Of a DNA stretch of 17,198 bases, positions 11,001 to 17,198 are shown one piece after another. This DNA is from Utricularia gibba (Eukaryota; Plantae; Magnoliophyta): assembly GCA_002189035.1 (NCBI GenBank), contig NEEC01000457.1, positions 1-17,198 on the forward strand, written 5' to 3'. A program made the translations under genes and the position numbers. Under the pieces are notes generated by a model, which did not search any database, was not told the origin of the DNA, and was given only the letters and a program-made list of their open reading frames with translations. Positions within the stretch are counted from its first letter, which is position 1, and the number at the start of each line of letters is the position of its first letter.

Positions 11001-12650
11001 GAGCACCCAAAATGGTTTTCTCAACCGCATGCTTTATATTTGATAAGGCACTCTCGTGGGGCAACGGTATCGAGCAGGAGGTCGAGTCGAGCTCGGGCCC
11101 ATAGTCATTTGTAGCTCGGCAAAAAACTTGATGCATTTATTAACGTTGGTTTTAATAGGCGCCTCAATGGTTTTCTCAAGGAAAAGCTTGTCGTTTTTTG
11201 GGGGGTGATGTCGTTGTGAACTTCGTTCTGACCATGGTTCGGTCTGACTCCTTTGCCAAATCGGTCCTACTCGACGAAAATCGTGATGCAGTTATTGAAG
11301 TTAGGATTTCATGAGCACCCAAAATGGTTTTCTCAACGCATGCTTTATATTTGAGGAGGCGCTCTAGTGGGGCAACGGTATCGGCAGAGGTCGAGTCGGC
11401 TCGGTCCCATAGTCATTTGTAGCTCGCAAAAAACGTGATGCATTTATTAACGTTGGTTTTAATAGGCTGCCTACATGGTTTCTCAAGGAAAAGCTTGTCG
11501 TTTTTGGCGGGTGATGTCGTTGGAACTTCGTTCGACCCAAGGTTCGGTCTGACTCCTTTGCCAATCGGTCCTACTCGACGAAAATCGTGATGCAGTTATT
11601 GAAGTTAGGATTCATGAGCACCCAAAATGGTTTTCTCAACCGCATGCTTTATTTTAGGAGGCGCTCTCGTGGGGCAACGGTATCGAGCAGGAGGTCGAGT
11701 CGAGCTCGGGCCCATAGTCATTTGTAGCTCGGCAAAAAACTTGATGCATTTATTAACGTTGGTTTTAATAGGCTGCCTCAATGGTTTTCTCAAGGAAAAG
11801 CTTGTCGTTTTTGGGCGGTGATGTCGTTGTGAACTTCGTTCTGACCAAGGTTCGGTCTGTCTCCTTTGCCAATCGGTCCTACTCGACGAAAATCGTGATG
11901 CAGTTATTGAAGTTAGGATTCATGAGCACCCAAAATGGTTTTCTCAACGCATGCTTTATATTTGAGGAGGCGCTCTCGTGGGGCACGGTATCGTCGAGTC
12001 GGGCTCGGTCCCATAGTCATTTGTAGCTCGCAAAAAATGATGCATTTATTAACGTTGGTTTTAATAGGCTGCCTACATGGTTTCTCAAGGAAAAGCTTGT
12101 CGTTTTGGCGGGTGATGTCGTTGGGAACTTCGTTCGACCCAAGGTTCGGTCTGACTCCTTTGCCACATCGGTCCTACTCGACGAAAATCGTGATGCAGTT
12201 ATTGAAGTTAGGATTCATGAGCACCCAAAATGGTTTTCTCAACCGCATGCTTTATATTTGATAAGGCACTCTCGTGGGGCAACGGTATCGAGCAGGAGGT
12301 CGAGTCGAGCTCGGGCCCATAGTCATTTGTAGCTCGGCAAAAAACTTGATGCATTTATTAACGGTTGGTTTTAATAGCCGCCTCAATGGTTTCTCAAGGA
12401 AAAGCTTGTCGTTTTTGGCGGGTGATGTCGTTGGAACTTCGTTCTGACCAAGGTTCGTCTGACTCCTTTGCCACATCGGGTCCTACTCGACGAAAATCGT
12501 GATGCAGTTATTGAAGTTAGGATTCATGAGCACCCAAAATGGTTTTCTCAACCGCATGCTTTATTTGAGGAGGCGCTCTAGTGGGGCAACGGTATCGGCA
12601 GAGGTCGAGTCGGGCTCGGTCCCATAGTCATTTGTAGCTCGCAAAAAACT
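8023..12650 (+). repeat. HOR-like domain 2, 5-monomer period (~1.55 kb)
   Basis: The order B1-B2-A-A-A occurs in M27-31 and M32-36, and B1-B2 restarts at M37. The private junction AAACGTGATG appears only at 8332, 9887 and 11434 (C position). The CCATGG variant appears at 8127, 11232 and 12745, all in register. Confidence 0.8.
9264..9576 (+). repeat. Representative full-length type-A monomer (M31, 313 bp) made of two ~156-bp subunits (9264-9419 and 9420-9576)
   Basis: Half 1 starts TGATGCATTTATTAACGTTGG and half 2 starts TGATGCAGTTATTGAAGTTAGG. Both carry AATGGTTTTCTCAA at the same offset (~39-52). It contains NsiI, AclI, HindIII, EcoRV, BspHI, SphI, SacI and ApaI sites. Confidence 0.92.
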
Positions 12651-15600
12651 TGATGCATTTATTAACGTTGGTTTTAATAGGCTGCCTAATGGTTTTCAAG
12701 GAAAAGCTTGTCGTTTTGCGGGTGTTTCGTTGGGAACTTCGTTCCCATGGTTCTGTCTCCTTTGCCCAATCGGTCCTACTCGACGAAAATCGTGATGCAG
12801 TTATTGAAGTTAGGATTCATGAGCACCCAAAATGGTTTTCTCAACGCATGCTTTATATTTGAGGAGGCGCTCTATGGGGGCAACGGTATCGGCAGGAGGT
12901 CGAGTCGAGCTCGGGCCATAGTCATTTGTAGCCCGGCAAAAAAATGATGCATTTATTAACGTTGGTTTTAATAGGCTGCCTACATGGTTTCTCAAGGAAA
13001 AGCTTGTCGTTTTTGGGCGGTGATGTCGTTGTGAACTTCGTTCGACCAAGGTTCGGTCTGACTCCTTTGCCACATCGGGTCCTACTCGACGAAAATCGTG
13101 ATGCAGTTATTGAAGTTAGGATATCATGAGCACCCAAAATGGTTTTCTCAACCGCATGCTTTATATTTGATAAGGCGCTCTCGTGGGGCAACGGTATCGA
13201 GCAGGAGGTCGAGTCGAGCTCGGGCCCATAGTCATTTGTAGCTCGGCAAAAAAATTGATGCATTTATTAACGTTGGTTTATTAGGCTGCCTAATGTTTTC
13301 AAGGAAAAGCTTGTCGTTTTTTGCGGGTGATGTCGTTGGGAACTTCGTTCGGACCCAAGGTTCTGTCTGACTCCTTTGCCAATCGGGTCCTACTCGACGA
13401 AAATCGTGATGCAGTTATTGAAGTTAGGATTCATGAGCACCCAAAATGGTTTTCTCAACGCATGCTTTATATTTGAGGAGGCGCTCTAGTGGGCACGGTA
13501 TCGGCAAAGGTCGAGTCGGGCTCGGCCCATAGTCATTTGTAGCTCGCAAAAAACTGATGCATTTATTAACGTTGGTTTTAATAGGCTGCCTACATGGTTT
13601 CTCAAGGAAAAGCTTGTCGTTTTTGGCGGGTGATGTCGTTGGGAACTTCGTTCAGACCCAAGGTTCGGTCTGACTCCTTTGCCACATCGGTCCTACTCGA
13701 CGAAAATCGTGATGCAGTTATTGAAGTTAGGATTCATGAGCACCCAAAATGGTTTTCTCAACGCATGCTTTATATTTGATAAGGCACTCTCGTGGGGCAA
13801 CGGTATCGAGCAGGAGGTCGAGTCGAGCTCGGCCCATAGTCATTTGTAGCTCGGCAAAAAACTGATGCATTTATTAACGTTGGTTTTAATAGGCTGCCTA
13901 CATGGTTTCTCAAGGAAAAGCTTGTCGTTTTTGGCGGGTGATGTCGTTGGAACTTCGTTCACACCAAGGTTCTGTCTGACTCCTTTGCCACATCGGTCCT
14001 ACTCGACGAAATCGTGATGCAGTTATTGAAGTTAGGATGTCATGAGCACCAAAATGGTTTTCTCAACCGCATGCTTTATATTTGAGGAGGCGCTCTAGTG
14101 GGGCAACGGTATCGAGCAGGAGGTCGAGTCGAGCTCGGGCCCATAGTCATTTGTAGCTCGGCAAAAAAATTGATGCATTTATTAACGTTGGTTTATTAGG
14201 CTGCCTACATGTTTCTCAAGGAAAAGCTTGTCGTTTTTGGGCGGTGATGTCGTTGGGAACTTCGTTCGGACCAAGGTTCGGTCTGACTCCTTTGCCACAT
14301 CGGGTCCTACTCGACGAAAATCGTGATGCAGTTATTGAAGTTAGGATATCATGAGCACCCAAAATGGTTTTCTCAACCGCATGCTTTATATTTGATAAGG
14401 CACTCTCGTGGGCAACGGTATCGAGCAGGAGGTCGAGTCGAGCTCGGGCCCATAGTCATTTGTAGCTCGAAAAAAAACTTGATGCATTTATTAACGTTGG
14501 TTTTAATAGGCTGCCTCAATGGTTTCTCAAGGAAAAGCTTGTCGTTTTTCGGCGGGTGATGTCGTTGGGAACTTCGTTCAGACCCAAGGTTCGTCTGACT
14601 CCTTTGCCACATCGGGTCCTACTCGACGAAAATCGTGATGCAGTTATTGAAGTTAGGATGTCATGAGCACCCAAATGGTTTTCTCAACCGCATGCTTTAT
14701 ATTTGATAGGCGCTCTCGTGGGGCAACGGTATCGGCAGGAGGTCGAGTCGAGCTCGGGCCCATAGTCATTTGTAGCTCGGCAAAAAACTTGATGCATTTA
14801 TTAACGTTGGTTTTAATAGGCTGCCTCATAAGGAAAGCTTGCGTTTTGCGGGTGATTTCGTTGGAACTTGAAATCGGTCTACTCGACGAAAATCGTGATG
14901 CAGTTATTGAAGTTAGGATTTCATGAGCACCCAAAATGGTTTTCTCAATCGCATGCTTTATATTGAGGAGGCGCTCTGGGGCACGGTATCGTCGAGTCGT
15001 TCGCCATAGTCATTTGTAGCCGACAAAAAATGATGCATTTATTAACGTTGGGTTTTAATAGGCTGCCTACATGGTTTCTCAAGGAAAAGCTTGTCGTTTT
15101 TGGGCGGGTGATGTCGTTGTGAACTTCGTTCGACCCAAGGTTCGGTCTGACTCCTTTGCCACATCGGGTCCTACTCGACGAAAATCGTGATGCAGTTATT
15201 GAAGTTAGGATATCATGAGCACCCAAAATGGTTTTCTCAACCGCATGCTTTATATTTGATAAGGCGCTCTCGTGGGGCAACGGTATCGAGCAGGAGGTCG
15301 AGTCGAGCTCGGGCCCATAGTCATTTGTAGCTCGGCAAAAAAATTGATGCATTTATTAACGTTCGGCTTATTAGGCTGCCTACATAGTTTCTCAAGGAAA
15401 AGCTTGTCGTTTTTGGGCGGGTGATGTCGTTGGGAACTTCGTTCGACCAAGGTTCTGTCTGACTCCTTTGCCACATCGGGTCCTACTCGACGAAAATCGT
15501 GATGCAGTTATTGAAGTTAGGATATCATGAGCACCCAAAATGGTTTTTCAACCGCATGCTTTTATTTGATAAGGCACTCTCGTGGGGCAACGGTATCGAG

Positions 15601-17198
15601 CAGGAGGTCGAGTCGAGCTCGGCCCATAGTCATTTGTAGCTCGGCAAAAAACTTGATGCATTTATTAACGGTTGGTTTTAATAGGCCGCCTCAATGGTTT
15701 TCTCAAGGAAAAGCTTGTCGTTTTTGGGCGGTGATGTCGTTGTGAACTTCGTTCGGACCCAAGGTTCTGTCTGACTCCTTTGCCACATCGGGTCCTACTC
15801 GACGAAAATCGTGATGCAGTTATTGAAGTTAGGATTTCATGAGCACCCAAAATGGTTTTCTCAACGCATGCTTTATATTTGAGGAGGCGCTCTAGTGGGG
15901 CAACGGTATCGGGCAAAAGGTCGAGTCGGGCTCGGTCCCATAGTCATTTGTAGCTCGCAAAAAACTGATGCATTTATTAACGTTGGGTTTTAATAGGCTG
16001 CCTACATGGTTTCTCAAGGAAAAGCTTGTCGTTTTTGGCGGGTGATGTCGTTGGGAACTTCGTTCGACCCAAGGTTCGGTCTGACTCCTTTGCCACATCG
16101 GTCCTACTCGACGAAATCGTGATGCAGTTATTGAAGTTAGGATGTCATGAGCACCCAAAATGGTTTTCTCAACGCATGCTTTATATTTGATAAGGCACTC
16201 TCGTGGGGCAACGGTATCGAGCAGGAGTCGAGTCGAGCTCGGCCCATAGTCATTTGTAGCTCCGCAAAAAACTGATGCATTTATAACGTGGTTTTAATAG
16301 GCTGCCTACATGGTTTCTCAAGGAAAAGCTTGTCGTTTTTGGCGGGTGATGTCGTTGGGAACTTCGTTCACCCCAAGGTTCGGTCAGACTCCTTTGCCAC
16401 ATCAGGTCCTACTCGACGAAAATCGTGATGCATTTATTGAAGTTAGGATGTCATGAGCACCCAAAATGGTTTCCTCAACCGCATGCTTTATATTTGAGGA
16501 GGCGCTCTAGTGGGGCAACGGTATCGAGCAGGAGGTCGAGTCGAGCTCGGGCCCATAGTCATTTGTAGCTCGGCAAAAAAATTGATGCATTTATTAACGT
16601 TCGGTTTATTAGGCTGCCTACATAGTTTTCTCAAGGAAAAGCATGTCGTTTTTGGGCGGGTGATGTCGTTGGGAACTTCGTTCGGACCCAAGGTTCGGTC
16701 TGACTCCTTTGCCACATCGGGTCCTACTCGACGAAAATCGTGATGCAGTTATTGAAGTTAGGATATCATGAGCACCCAAAATGGTTTTCTCAACGCTTGC
16801 TTTATATTTGATAAGGCACTCTCGTGGGGCAACGGTATCGAGCAGGAGGTCGAGTCGAGCTCGGGCCCATAGTCATTTGTAGCTCGGCAAAAAACTTGAT
16901 GCATTTATTAACGTTGGTTTTAATAGGCCGCCTCAATGGTTTCTCAAGGAAAAGCTTGTCGTTTTCGGCGGGTGATGTCGTTGGGAACTTCGTTCAGACC
17001 CAAGGTTCTGTCTGACTCCTTTGCCACATCGGGTCCTACTCGACGAAAATCGTGATGCAGTTATTGAAGTTAGGATGTCATGATCACCCAAAATGGTTTC
17101 CTCAACCGCATGCTTTATATTTGAGGAGGCGCTCTAGTGGGGCAACGGTATCGGGCAGAGGTCGAGTTGGGCTCGGTCCCATACTCATTTGCAGCTCA
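12651..17198 (+). repeat. HOR-like domain 3, a 7-monomer unit (12651-14789) duplicated as an 8-monomer unit (14790-17198)
   Basis: Pairs matched by shared variants: M42/M49, M43/M50, M44/(M51+M52), M45/M53, M46/M54, M47/M55, M48/M56. See the corresponding finding for the markers. Confidence 0.72.
14790..15030 (+). repeat. Internally deleted monomer M49 (241 bp, ~71 bp short)
   Basis: CCTCATAAGG lacks ~10 bp. GAACTTGAAATCGG (14864-14877) lacks ~35 bp. GGTATCGTCGAGTC (14985-14998) lacks ~9 bp. There are further small losses. Confidence 0.9.

Larger units (their letters stand above)
1..17198 (+). repeat. Tandem satellite DNA array, 56 head-to-tail copies of a ~312-bp monomer
   Basis: The motif TGATGCATTT(A)TTAACG (or near match) opens copies at 1, 310, 623, 936, 1243, 1553, 1862, 2173, 2485, 2793, 3099, 3398, 3709, 4012, 4324, 4630, 4939, 5244, 5545, 5855, 6162, 6471, 6781, 7089, 7400, 7714, 8023, 8334, 8644, 8954, 9264, 9577, 9889, 10195, 10506, 10817, 11129, 11436, 11742, 12038, 12347, 12651, 12945, 13256, 13555, 13863, 14171, 14480, 14790, 15031, 15345, 15654, 15966, 16273, 16583 and 16897. 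No inversion or foreign insert was seen. My hand consensus is 312 bp with 72 A, 96 T, 79 G, 65 C. Confidence 0.99.
1..17198. repeat. Candidate family: Silene latifolia subtelomeric SacI/X43.1-type satellite (plant chromosome-end satDNA)
   Basis: Seen: ~312-bp unit, ~54% AT, one GAGCTC (SacI) site in most copies, variable monomer length. Recalled, not sequence-verified: the S. latifolia SacI/X43.1 family is described as a ~313-bp, ~53% AT subtelomeric tandem repeat. I cannot align to the reference here, so this is a match of properties only. Confidence 0.55.

Noticed and set aside
1-17198. CRISPR array
   Set aside because: There are no unique spacers between short repeats. The entire 312-bp unit is repeated and no cas genes are present.
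1-17198. 5S rDNA tandem array (similar unit size in plants)
   Set aside because: The conserved 5S sequence (e.g. GATCCCATCAGAACTCC, AGTACTAGGATGGG) is absent on both strands. Only chance matches of 7 bp or less were seen.
1-17198. Transposon, MITE or LTR tandem array
   Set aside because: No terminal inverted repeats, target-site duplications, TG...CA LTR ends with a primer-binding site, or coding remnants were found.

Overview
The whole 17,198-bp window is one uninterrupted head-to-tail satellite DNA array with no flanking unique sequence. Reading by hand I count 56 copies (M1-M56; M56 cut by the window edge) of a ~312-bp monomer (complete copies 294-314 bp plus one 241-bp deleted copy; consensus ~54% AT). 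All are in the same orientation. No protein-coding gene, RNA gene, CRISPR array or transposon is supported; every ORF in the track is a repeat translation. Monomer length, AT content and a SacI site match my recollection of the Silene latifolia subtelomeric SacI/X43.1 satellite, but that identity is from memory and needs a BLAST check. The notable content is layered organisation. (1) Each monomer is a fused dimer of two diverged ~156-bp halves. (2) Monomers fall into sequence variants, here A, B1, B2 and C, with B1-B2 travelling as a linked pair. (3) These variants form three successive higher-order-repeat-like domains with periods of about 6, 5 and 7/8 monomers. Many single-base deletions in homopolymers suggest long-read consensus error on top of real variation. 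I found no evidence of a novel gene-based system.
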